A stretch of 63,888 nucleotides of DNA, counting the filler, from Asterionella formosa (lineage: Eukaryota), in the NCBI GenBank assembly GCA_002256025.1. It is 9 parts of 9 records of this genome, joined end to end, with 100 filler letters (N's around TTAATTAATTAA, not from the genome) between each part and the next. Parts side by side here need not be neighbours in the genome. Positions count along the whole stretch, not along the records: positions 7,234 to 14,364 come from NKIB01012521.1; positions 14,465 to 21,595 come from NKIB01012522.1; 7 more parts are not named here. One strand, 5' to 3'. A program made the position numbers and the translations under genes. Positions 10,800 to 21,695 of the stretch are shown here, in pieces; the stretch's first letter is position 1; each line of letters opens with the position of its first letter. The notes under the pieces were generated by a model. It saw nothing but the letters and a program-made list of their open reading frames with translations, searched no databases and was not told the origin of the DNA.

Positions 10800-12097
10800 T
10801 TAGTGTCCACCACCAGCATCTTCAGCAGAGCTACTACTAGTTGTACTGCTATTATCTATGGACGGATATACAACTGCCAGAGTTCCAAGGGCGACCAAAA
10901 GGTTACCAATCCACCCTTGTAAACCTGGAAGCTCCCCCACTCCCATAGAAAAGGCAATAATTGATGCCAACATTGGTTCCAACAAGGTTGCCACAGCAAT
11001 AATAATACTGTCAAAATATTGGAGAATCCGAACAAATCCCATAGTTCCCACCAAGTTACAAACCAGCACAATCCACAGCTCCACCCCAAGCCTGTCGGCA
11101 CTTAATTCCATCCAACCAAAGAGTCCATGAGTTGGATTCATTGACCATGTAAATTGCTCGCCTACTGGTGGTAGATCTCGCAGATTTGGCAAATGTCAAA
11201 TATCCAACAACACAAAATGCTGATGCAAGAGCATAAAAATCTCCCATGAGTGCTTCGGCTTTGTCACCATTGTCGTCTTTGTCTTTATTGTCATTGTGTT
11301 CACTTGAGGCACATACAATTGCCCCACTTGATGCAACTAGAGCACCAATCCATTCCATACATACCACATGTGATCCTGGCAAATATGACTGTATTCCCAA
11401 TGGTTGTTTTGGAAAGTGCCGTAACAATGCACAAATTTTGAACCGTGAAACAAGTGATGGCCACAACGACGGTGGTCCATTGTCCAGTGTTCAGTCTAGG
11501 GAAACTCGATTGTCGGACAATGACTACCAAAAATAGCAGTGCGGCAACGGCACTCATGCGCCAAGAATACAACTTTAGTGCCAGTGCGACGCCATGTTGA
11601 AAGGTTAAGGCAGTCCCATGAGATGAAATGGCAAAGACGGCAGCGAGCAAAGCGAGTATTGGGGGGAAGGTCGGAGGATGAGTGTCTCTACGGCCTGTAG
11701 TTTCTTCAACAAAGTCCACAAAGTCATCTGGCCGTAAGGACAAGATTCGAGTCATGGTGGTGTCCATAAAGAACATGCGACCATCTTGTGCGTCGTGAAG
11801 GTCGTCAAGAAAACTTTGTTTGACATCGCCAGCTGCAAACTTCACATCCTCTACAATCGTCCCAAGGCCAACCGATACTGAATCAATCAGTCTAGACACA
11901 CTTGATTGGCGACGATGATGACCTCCACGCTTCTTCTTGGGCGCAATAAAGAAGGAAAGGTCTGAATGGCTGCGTCTATGAGAATTTATTGTTGCGCCTT
12001 GCTTTTGGTGTTGTTGCAGCAATGAATCGGATTCGAATGGGCCAAAGGAATCCTCAATTCCATCGTTGCTGACATCGTCAGCTTGAGTATCACTCAT
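10800..12097 (-). pseudogene. DMT/EamA-family transporter, frameshifted (probable pseudogene)
   Basis: Three overlapping frames carry successive parts of one DMT protein (TTIGNTVIFA / MEWIGALVA...LMGDFYALAS / IIAVATLLEPMLASIIAF). The junctions near 11375 and 11180 look like deletions, not introns. Confidence 0.7.
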
Positions 12098-12543
12098 GAC
12101 TCTTCACAGTGCATTCAGTGCACCAAGCCAAAATGTAGTCAATCGAATGTCTAGCAACTGGTTTTGCTTGGCAACAAAAATGTTGGCTAATACATAATAT
12201 AATCAAAATCATAAAATGCATCATCCGCCCACAAATCAATAACTTTCATACCAAACAAGAGCGAACAAAACTGATATGCCACCGACACAAATAATGAAGA
12301 AGGAAAGTGGCACACAGACCACGGATGGTGGGGGTCACACCTGTTAAATTGTCTAGTTGAAATATCACAGATCTTACTTTTAAGATCTCTAAAGCTGAAA
12401 ACGCATTTTCAATTTACACTTTGTAATATTGTGAGCTTTCTGTTAATAGTCTATCTAGGTCTTGTTCTTGCCTGATTACTCATGTAATCCCGAACAAGAC
12501 TTCTCACACTTTCCTTGATCTTGTCAAAAATGATCTTGCTTAC

Positions 12544-12694
12544 TTTGACAATAAGTAAGCATATTCATTTGACAATAGCTAAGTGAGCAGCACTTATTCT
12601 TTTGACAATAAGTGAGCATCTGATTCACTTGTCAATAAGTAACATCTCCAGTCATTTGTCAATAAGTAAACATCTCCAGTCATTTGTCAATAAA
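12544..12694. repeat. Degenerate minisatellite, six units of about 25-32 bp with core TTG(A/T)CAATAAGT
   Basis: Units start at about 12544, 12568, 12601, 12629, 12656 and 12684. Confidence 0.75.
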
Positions 12695-13113
12695 TGTCGA
12701 GATGTTTTGGATCTTGGTTTCTAATCACTACTAAGAATATTGATTCTCGATTCGTTGGATTCCATATATTTTATCACACACCGTCATCGACTGACATCCC
12801 AAGCAAACCCGGAAAATAGGAAAAGCACGCCAATCATGGTGATGATGGATCCTATATAGTGCCACATCCGTACGTAAATATATTTTAACATCATCAGTCT
12901 CAATCAGTCAAAATCATATTTATGTATTGACGATTGAACTACATTCGGACATTTGGTGTACCCCCGGAATTTCATTTCAGGCCTGATGGTATTGCCGGTC
13001 CCCTTCGACGAATACTACCTACTACTGACTGCCTTGTTCCTCTCGATTAAGGAAACAAACGTACTGCCGAATCCACTGAAGCATCATGAATACTTCTTCC
13101 TTCGGTACAGAGG

Positions 13114-13782
13114 ATGGCACCAAATCCATTCGAATCATTCATTAACAAACTAAAAAGTGGCTTTTGTGACGTTACAGATCATTCACATTCTAATGATGAC
13201 GATGATGACGATGACGATGACGATGACGATGATAACAATGGTCTTGTCAATCGAGAGATATTCATTGCTGAGCCTCCCGTTGGAAATGTTATTTTGCTAG
13301 TCCACAACGAATCAGAAGTGACTACAATTACTACAAATGATGAGGACAAGGAAAGCGAGTTCGAAGTGATGGAGGCGCCTGTGATGGTGCATCAACAAGA
13401 AGGACGTACTGCAACACGACGACGTCAACGAGTCCATCGTATCATCGAAACCAAGATTTATTCCATATTGTTGGTTATCTTAACATGCTTGGCCTTGTAT
13501 CAATTGGGATATCGATTGGAATTTAAGCTTGACAAGAATCCTAGTACTACTTCCACCATGTTTCACCTGAATCATCCACACCGTGAGGTCGTACCGGTAG
13601 TAGTACCACCATCAGAAGAGAGCAAGTTAAATAAAGTTCAAAACTCGAAAATGAAAACAGAAAGTAATGAATCCATGGATCCCAATGATGATCACACTGG
13701 GAACCCTGTGACTAATACTTTCGCTATTCCCCCAAAATTGACGAATCCTGAGAATGGGCTACTGCTTGAGAATGAGCTGTGA
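13114..13782 (+). CDS. Hypothetical single-pass membrane protein with poly-Asp tract
   Basis: 222-aa ORF with a long Asp run encoded by GAT/GAC repeats and one hydrophobic segment (IYSILLVILTCLALY). 3' end uncertain. Confidence 0.5.
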   Translation: MAPNPFESFINKLKSGFCDVTDHSHSNDDDDDDDDDDDDDNNGLVNREIFIAEPPVGNVILLVHNESEVTTITTNDEDKESEFEVMEAPVMVHQQEGRTATRRRQRVHRIIETKIYSILLVILTCLALYQLGYRLEFKLDKNPSTTSTMFHLNHPHREVVPVVVPPSEESKLNKVQNSKMKTESNESMDPNDDHTGNPVTNTFAIPPKLTNPENGLLLENEL

Positions 13783-14256
13783 ATATTTTTCCAAATTATA
13801 CATACAACTATTTGTATATCAGGTTTGTGAGGGCTTGATTATCTGGCTCCAATCTGCTGGGTAGAAGAAATGTTGTAGCAGCATTCTCAAGAGATTCTTT
13901 GGAGTGACCAAGATTCAACTGTGTTCACCTTGTTGCATGTAGTACTCTAGTATCGACCCTGGTTGATGGCAAAATTGACTGCTTTGAAGCAGATTTTTGT
14001 GTGAACCTTTACACCCTCATCCAGTGACGCACAGAAGTGCAAAAACGACCTTAATAAACCACGCACAAACAAGTTCATATATCTCGATTGACCAAGAGTA
14101 TTTTAGACATTTACATCTACGTGTCACCCAATCAGGTGCGACAATAAGGCAAGTAAAAGTCGATATTGTTTCATAGGTAGGTATGCCGGCAACAGATGTG
14201 AAAGTATTCATTCTTGACCTAACTGAGGCGCAATGCGTGGGAACACAGGTTCGAGC

Positions 14257-14364
14257 TTAATTGTCACCCTTCAGTCGTTTTTTCTCGCGAAATGCATCTC
14301 GCTTGCCTTCAGCGCGATACTGGCGCTTTTTATTCGTCTTACGTGCAATTTCCTTAGCCTCGTC
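14257..14364 (-). CDS. C-terminal fragment of a basic nuclear protein (possibly BMS1-like)
   Basis: DEAKEIARKTNKKRQYRAEGKRDAFREKKRLKGDN* open to the contig edge. Family assignment is weak. Confidence 0.35.
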   Translation of the reverse strand, partial: DEAKEIARKTNKKRQYRAEGKRDAFREKKRLKGDN

Positions 14365-14464
14365 NNNNNNNNNNNNNNNNNNNNNNNNNNNNNNNNNNNN
14401 NNNNNNNNTTAATTAATTAANNNNNNNNNNNNNNNNNNNNNNNNNNNNNNNNNNNNNNNNNNNN
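14365..14464. other. Artificial contig linker
   Basis: N44-TTAATTAATTAA-N44. Confidence 0.98.
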
Positions 14465-15883
14465 AGCGCTTTGTCAACAGATGTTGGTGATTTACGAACA
14501 GTTGGGCAAGAAGGAAGTATTGTGACTGGTGATGTCGAGAGCAAAGTTGGAGATCCTGCTGAGAATGTTTCTCCTCAAAAGAAGTCAAAAGTGCCCAAGG
14601 ATGATGATTCTGACTCAGACGAGTCCGATGACGAGGATCTCGTTGCGATGCTTGAGGAGGATATGATGGACGTTCGCCAAACAAATCAGCTCGTTGCTGC
14701 TCATCAAAAGGCAGATGGAAGTACTAATTCTCAGGATCTCACAAAGGATGCTAGAGAATTCGCTGCTCTTAAAAGGCAGCGCGAAGAAGAACGAGCCGCA
14801 AAAGAAGGGTTTGACAAGAATTCTGCGTCCGAGAGTGCTCCGGTCAAAAAGCTTTCAATGATTGGACAAAAGGTTATCCGTCGCACGATTATCAAACGAT
14901 TCCCAGATGGTAGACAGACGACGTCGTTCAAGTTTATTATTGCTCCCGATGAAGTGGAAGGCATCATCGCCCAGAAGAAGGAAACCGAGGAAGAGGATTG
15001 GGAAGACGAGCGACTCCGACGACAAGGTAGCAAACACGTGCAAGACTATCGTGCTGTTGGCCATACTATGTTCGAAGATGACGACGACTATGACCATGCT
15101 CGAATGCAAAGTGGTGGAAGGGGTAGCCGGAGCCGAGGTATCAAGAAGAAAGGCACGAAGACTGGACCCAAGGTGAAGCCGCCAAAGATGACTTTGGGAA
15201 AGCTTAAGGATCGAGTGTCAGCCGAGAAACGCCTAAAGAAGCGTAAGCGAGAGGCAGAGGAGGCCGACTTATACGTCGCCCACGCCAAACGAAAAGGAAC
15301 CAGTAACCGTCGCGAGAGAGGATCTATCCGAGAACGTGCTCCTCATGTTCTCCTTTCCGAAAAGCTGGAGTCGCTCCGATCGGAGGTTGAAAAAAGGCCA
15401 GACAGTGGCCCATTCCATCGGCCTGTAAACCGACGATCTCTACCACGTTACTATGAAGTTATTAGCAATCCCATGGACCTTCAGACAATTCGCGACAAGA
15501 ATGCTCGCTATGAATACAAGACTCCCGATGCTATGCTAAAAGATTTCGATCTCATGAGAGCTAACGCAATCAAATTCAACGGAAAGGGTAGTGCCCTGGG
15601 CAACGAAGCATGTGCAATTTACGAATTTTTCAAGGTCCGTGTTGATGAGAACCGAGTCGAGCTCGATAGCCTCACGATGGCTGTGGAAGACCACCTGAAC
15701 GGAAAGAAGAAAAAGCGACACAAGAAGGCGTTGAGCCCAGCATCCGCGTTCACCTCTGGAACTAATGTTGTGGTCGATGGTGTCGCAGTCCATCTCGGAG
15801 ATCTTGACAAGGAGTTTGAAGAAATGGAAGGTGGCGATAGCGACAGTGACGACAGTTTCACTGGGATGATTGGACTAGGCTAA
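14465..15883 (+). CDS. TAF1: TFIID subunit TAF1, C-terminal part with bromodomain (5' partial)
   Basis: KVIRRTIIKRFPDG segment typical of TAF1; bromodomain GPFHRPV...YYEVISNPMDLQTI...NAIKFNG; acidic tail. Confidence 0.75.
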   Translation, partial: SALSTDVGDLRTVGQEGSIVTGDVESKVGDPAENVSPQKKSKVPKDDDSDSDESDDEDLVAMLEEDMMDVRQTNQLVAAHQKADGSTNSQDLTKDAREFAALKRQREEERAAKEGFDKNSASESAPVKKLSMIGQKVIRRTIIKRFPDGRQTTSFKFIIAPDEVEGIIAQKKETEEEDWEDERLRRQGSKHVQDYRAVGHTMFEDDDDYDHARMQSGGRGSRSRGIKKKGTKTGPKVKPPKMTLGKLKDRVSAEKRLKKRKREAEEADLYVAHAKRKGTSNRRERGSIRERAPHVLLSEKLESLRSEVEKRPDSGPFHRPVNRRSLPRYYEVISNPMDLQTIRDKNARYEYKTPDAMLKDFDLMRANAIKFNGKGSALGNEACAIYEFFKVRVDENRVELDSLTMAVEDHLNGKKKKRHKKALSPASAFTSGTNVVVDGVAVHLGDLDKEFEEMEGGDSDSDDSFTGMIGLG

Positions 15884-15952
15884 TTTGACACAGTATGGCA
15901 ACCTAACAGGTCCATCAAATTAAAATTCTCCAATTCCATTATGTTCTAGACT

Positions 15953-18250
15953 TCATTCTTCCCATAGCGTATCGCTGCGTTGAAGCTCTTCGCCCTTGGC
16001 GATGTATCTAGTAGCAACAAGGAAAACATCAAACGAAAGCCGATGACGTTCATAAACAGGGGAATATTTGGGACGAGGATGGGACGGTACCCAGCGCCCA
16101 ATATTGACCTGATCTTCCGTATTGGCGCGGCGAATGAAGGAGGATGCACCAACTTCAACGTAGTTAAGGCCGATGCCATCTTGGATACTCTTGTGACCCT
16201 TGTTTTCAATGTAAGTGACCAAGTCATCAATAATGTGAACCTTTCCAGTTCCAGAAACCGCAGCAGTTGATTGAAGGCCTTGTAAAGTCTTATCAGTAAC
16301 AATCAAAGAGCTGGCCAAGTGCTCCGGCATAATGTAAGAACCTTTTGGAATGTCCTTCCTTGCAAACACGTGAGTAACTGCGTCTTTCTCGTCACCATTA
16401 GTTTCGAAACGGAAGGAACTGCCCTCCTCGTCATCAAAGTTAAAGTCATGCAACTCCATATTCATATCCAAATGAAGGTATGCACACTCAAATGGGGTAG
16501 GTTCGCGTCGGCAGTAGATAGTCTCCCACGCCTTGGGCGGAGCATGGTAGGAATGCTGCGTTGATCCATCGAAGTGAACCAACGGGTGCACTGTGTCATC
16601 ATTTGCAGCCAGTACGATGCGGTCATATATCTCGTAATCCACGACATCGGATTCGGCATGCCAACGGCTTCTTATATCGGTGGATATGCCAACAACCAAA
16701 AATGAATGTGGTTCGTTAAATCCACAATTAGCTTCTTCGTAGATCAGCATGGCCTTGACATCCGGCATGGATTCCAACAAATTGAACAACACTTCTCTTT
16801 GCTTGAACACACCTACATCGGCCCTGGGGTCGTGAATGTTTGGCGCAGTTCCAACCTGAATAACAAGGACTCCCTTATCAGAAAGGCTATTGACGAGTGA
16901 TCGAACAAAATTTTCATCATTGTACATGTTGGTGGAGATTTCCGAGGGGTCTTCTGGGTCTAAGGCATCAACAATTAGTACATCAAACTTGTGGTCCGCT
17001 TGAACTGTTGGTGCTGGTCCAAAGCGATCGACAAACCACTGACGAGCATCAGAATAGACAAGATTGGTCAGTTCATCGTCAAAGCAGTTTTCGGCACGGC
17101 CTTCCAATTTTGAGCAATCTGACATGTTCGGCAAGTGTTGGCGACAAATGTTGACCAAGGTTTCATCGATTTCGATCATTGTAGCTTCCTTAACAGTCTT
17201 GTGCTTTAAAACTTCGCGAAGTGTAGCACCTTCACCACCCCCTAGAATGGCAACATATTCGGGTTTCGGGTGAGCAAACATACCCGGATGGACCAAGGCT
17301 TCGTGGTATTCACGTTCAGTAGACGACAAGGACTGTGTGGAGGCGACTGAGTTAGATAAGTCAAGAAATAATTGTGTGTACTAAGATCAGGAACGGACCT
17401 GCAAAATTCCGTCCAAAAAGAGTATACGTTCTGGAGTCGCGAGTTCAGGTGTCAAATAGCGTGGGTCACCGGGCTGAAGGTTGTGCTTGACGGCATCGTC
17501 ATAGGAAGGTGTACCGTCGACTTCAACAATGTCCCAAATATCAATCTGCTGGTATGGCGACTTCAAGCTAACAACCTCCTTCTTGAAGTGCAGGTCTAAC
17601 GGACTGAGTATCCAAAAGCTTAGGTCGTTCTCAGTATCCAAATGGGAGGCTGAATTGGGGTGTTTCTCGTGACGAAATCCACGCAGTTCATGTGACCATT
17701 TTGTTTCAGTATTTTTTCCAACCCCAAAGAGCTCCTCGATCTTTGGAATGACCGGCATTAGTGGATTGGAGCCACAAGTAAACAAATCCAGGGTAATGAC
17801 CCCGTCTCCGGGCCAAGTATGAAATGAAATGTGACTTTCGAGCAAGACGCCAACGCACGAAACACCAGAAGGGTGGAGTTTGTGGCAATGATAAGAAAGC
17901 ATGGTCAACCCCCCTTCCATGACAGTATCGACCATTGCCTTGCTCAAACGCTCTTCTGAGTCAAGGAAATCAGCATCTACACCCTTTATATCAACAAGCA
18001 AGTGTTGACCCGCAGCTTGATGAACTTCATCTCTTGCATTCTGCATCTGGAGGTGTTTTGCCTCAACGCTGCGAACAACGCGTTCGCGCATCTGCTGCCA
18101 TTCCGCAGGTTCCACGCGAGCAACAAGTCCAGCTGGCCCCATTCCAACACCGACGCCGAAAGATAAAACCATGCAGGTGGTAATGGTGGCCAGGAACAGG
18201 CGGATGTCGATCGCCAATCGCTTGACGGGAGGATCTCCAGTAGTCGTCAT
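15953..18250 (-). CDS. AdoMet decarboxylase - aminopropyltransferase - SET-like fusion, diatom long-chain polyamine synthase candidate (intron 17398-17333; about 743 aa)
   Basis: N-terminal hydrophobic anchor; SpeD-type GQHLLVD, VLLE/SHISFHTWP and DLFTCG; then SPYQQIDI, LFLDG, YHEALVHP, ILGGGEGATLREVLKH, MIEID and IVDALDP; C-terminal SET-like VFARKDIPKG...LVATRYIAKGEEL. The 66-nt GT..AG intron restores the frame. Confidence 0.9.
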
Positions 18251-18886
18251 GGTCGTTCGAATTCAAAAATAGGTTTAATGCATACCCATGATAACTATAA
18301 CAATAAATTCTGGTAATTATGAAATAAAAATGCATACCGGTATTACAAATAGGTATGTAAGCAAATTGAGACAATGGTACTAATCAATATATATACCGGT
18401 ATAGATATAGTGGATCATATCTTCCGAACCACGCAACTTGATGACGATCTGTTAGCCGTGCACCTTCTCATCTTGTCGCAACGCACACGACACATCATTA
18501 AAACATGCATTTTGCAATGATCTAAAGCGTTACCATATATATAAAGAGCAAGCGTACTGTGCGTAAAAGACGGTTCCTATTAGTCCTAACCTGTGCTATG
18601 TAAGGGAACCGTGGCTAAATTTCTAATTCACCCCAACGTGAAAACTAGTACTGTGGGTTTTTTTCATGTTAATCTCCAGCACGTATGATCGACATGCAGA
18701 AAGGCAGAACGCCGTGCAGGTAGCCATGATGCAAATTCATCCGTCGTCCATCACTCCTTGTCGCTGCTTTTCTGTTTGCACAGGCCCCGCTAGGTAATAC
18801 CAATAAATACCGGTAGCCCGTTGTGCATAGCCCACGGAGGTGGATAGGCCCTAGTTATAGACCTTGCCAAAGCTTCAGTTAATGTC

Positions 18887-20602
18887 ATGAAGAGCATTTC
18901 TTCGCTCAATGTTTACAAGAAGGTTGCAATTGTAAGACGAGCTAGTGACAGTTTGAGCTACGAAGACATCGATGGAACAATCAAAACCATTTCAGACCTC
19001 GGTGAAGCTGCAGCCACATCGGTAAGTCCATGACAGCACCTAGTTTCGACGATCGGGTGCAAAAATCAATTCAACGCAACTCACATTTCAACCTCTCATT
19101 AGACACCATCGCTTCTTGCACCAAGGCCGAAATTAGAAATTCCAGTTCCACGCATCGATGAAGTGGAAGGGTACGACGAGTTTGTTTCTCCAACCTTTGC
19201 TATACCCACTTCCTATGTGCGCTATCGTCGGCGAACGCCTGAGGAAGTCGAGTCCGGCTTGGAGTACACCGCAGACGCCGAAGACGAAGTGTGGATTCTC
19301 AACAATGCCAAGTTTGGAGGGAACGCCAAGGGCAAGGGACTCAGCGACGATGGGCACGCACGACCTCAGCTACCGCTTAGCATGATGGAGTGTATGATGG
19401 ACACTATGGAAAAGGCAACCGGATTTGAGACGATTATTACTGTCAACCAAGCAGAGATGTTGGTTCTCAAGAGAATGCCATCGCTGATGCACGTGTTCCC
19501 GTCCAAGGCTAGAGCTGGTGTTGTCACTCTCAAACATGTGATTCAAGACATCTACTCGTACTGGGTCCAGAAGCGATCCAAACTCAAGAGACCTTTGATA
19601 CGAAGATTTTGGCCAGTGACGGCTTGCGATGATACGAATCCGCATTTGGTCTTTCGGCCCAGGGAAAAGGAGAAGTACAAGCTTCGAAAGAAGCGACAAA
19701 ACGACATGGACGCTTATCGCAAGATGAAGACACTTCGGAATGATTTTGACAGGGTGCGGACTTTGTTGGAACTGGTAAAACGACGAGAGCTGTTGAATCG
19801 CACAATGATTCGAATGCAGGCTGACTGGCTCGATCAACGAATTTACGATCTCGTGGACACTAGCGGCCTTCCACGAGTGAGCGAGCGTGTCACGAAAGAC
19901 GATATTGAATACTCGATGGACATACCAACACACTTCGAAATCGGGGCCATGGGGACCATGGTGGCAAAAAAGAAGAAGCGCCGACGTGGAGGTGAATCTG
20001 GGAGGACATCACCAATGCCGGGTGTCATGGACTCAGGCCTTGACGACAGCCGAGTAAAATCGAATGCTCCCCCTGTCAACGTTGCTGGGAAAAATGGAGG
20101 AGAACCAGCGCCAAACTTTCTTGATCCTCTGACAACACGAGAACGTTACGCTACATCTTGGGATAATGCTGTACCTCATATTACAACGTGGGTAGACAGC
20201 CGACCATTGCCAACCTTTCGATTTCGTCACCGACCGCGTGTAGGCCGAGGAGGCCGATTGGTGATTGATCGAATACCACACCCACCGCTTCCAGAGATTA
20301 ATCCCATGACTATCTATACGGCTGGTTTTGGAATGAAACATTCTCTGAAACCAAAGGAGCGACTACTTGATCTGCTTCCCGAACCTGTGGATCATATTTG
20401 TGTCAGCAGAAAGATTGAGGAACTTTGCGCAATGGCAATCAAGGAAGATCATGACGCTGCTATCGCCGCCATAAACGGTCAAACCGCCAGTGCTGATCTT
20501 GAGGGAAATGACTGCGACGAAGTGCTAGTCAAGATAGATGACTGGCTCAACACAGACGACCAACTTTGGGGTGAGGAACGCTATGCCATTGGGCCAATCT
20601 AG
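18887..20602 (+). CDS. EPL1: Enhancer of polycomb-like protein (NuA4 subunit EPL1/EPC); intron 19022-19102
   Basis: EIPVPRI, LEYTADAEDEVW, YWVQKR, TNPHLVFRPRE, LRNDFDRVRTLLELVKRRE and RPRVGRGGRLVIDR motifs; in-frame GT..AG intron. Confidence 0.85.
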
Positions 20603-21035
20603 TGTGGAGTTGCCCATAATCGGCTTAAATTGACCAGAGAAATCAAAATAAATTAAAGAAGTTTTACAGCTTGTTTATCCCTATTTTTACTTATTCTCAT
20701 TTTCTTCCCTTCCTTTCCTCGAGTGCCTCTGAATGGAATGTTACAAAAATCTTCCATTGGGTACTCTTCTTTTTATTTATCTTTAACAGTTCTTCTTTCA
20801 AATCTTTTAGCAGTAAAACAATTTATATGGTATGAATTGCAGTGTTGTCGTTTTCGACAAGGATGGATATATTTACGGACGAATGACATCGCTTCCAGAG
20901 CAATGCCCAGGGATAATGTAGACAAACAGAATAATCAGACAGTGCGCTCTTTACAAGCAGAGTAACAAGTACCCATTCATTGACACATAGACACTGACGT
21001 CAACTGCTGGGCTGATCATTGAACCTTTGTTGGCA

Positions 21036-21595
21036 TTACATGTGCGGTGGATAGGCTGCATGACCATTTTGCATCGGGTCATAATAGGCTGGGGGCCCAG
21101 CATCGTAGTACTGCTGTGGGCCTCCACGAGGAAGGTCGCGACTGTACGGAACTGACTGATGTCCCTGGGGAGACATCTGGGCTGAGTAGGTAATTCCAGG
21201 ACCAGGCTGTGAGTTCTGCTTCCTGTGATGACCCTTGTTCTGAGTGTACAATTCTTCCGGCGACCCTATGGCGGTCAAAGTAAAGTTGGGGAAACGACGG
21301 CAAATCTTTGCCATGATTCGACGTCCTCCGGCGGTGTTGCGCATCCCGCCGTTGCGCTGACTGTGAGGTGCTCCTGGTTGCGAGGTTGTGAGGTGAGGTC
21401 TCATAGCTTCTACTAAGCGGACCGCCTGCGCATGCGTTGCAACAGACAAGGCCCGTTGCACAACATAATTTCCGAATGGATCCATCATCAATTCACGAAT
21501 GCGTTCAGAATCACTTAGCTCCGACAAATACATTTCTTTCACTTTATCCGTGCAGCGTTCGAGACACTTTTCCATAACATTGGAGCTAAACTTCT
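21036..21595 (-). CDS. Pumilio/PUF RNA-binding protein, C-terminal fragment
   Basis: KFSSNVMEKCL and DPFGNYVVQRAL correspond to PUF repeats 7 and 8; open to the contig edge. Confidence 0.88.
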
Positions 21596-21695
21596 NNNNN
21601 NNNNNNNNNNNNNNNNNNNNNNNNNNNNNNNNNNNNNNNTTAATTAATTAANNNNNNNNNNNNNNNNNNNNNNNNNNNNNNNNNNNNNNNNNNNN
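21596..21695. other. Artificial contig linker
   Basis: N44-TTAATTAATTAA-N44. Confidence 0.98.

Noticed and set aside
12544..12694. CRISPR-like array
   Set aside because: The units are short, the spacers resemble one another, there are no cas genes, and the context is eukaryotic. It is a minisatellite.
13780..14090. Extension of the poly-Asp membrane protein past its TGA by read-through or a further exon
   Set aside because: I could not find a consistent splice phase, and the downstream frame contains more stops.
15953..18250. Bacterial contamination or a speD-speE operon
   Set aside because: It is a single fused ORF with a spliceosomal intron and an N-terminal anchor, flanked on the same contig by TAF1 and EPL1.
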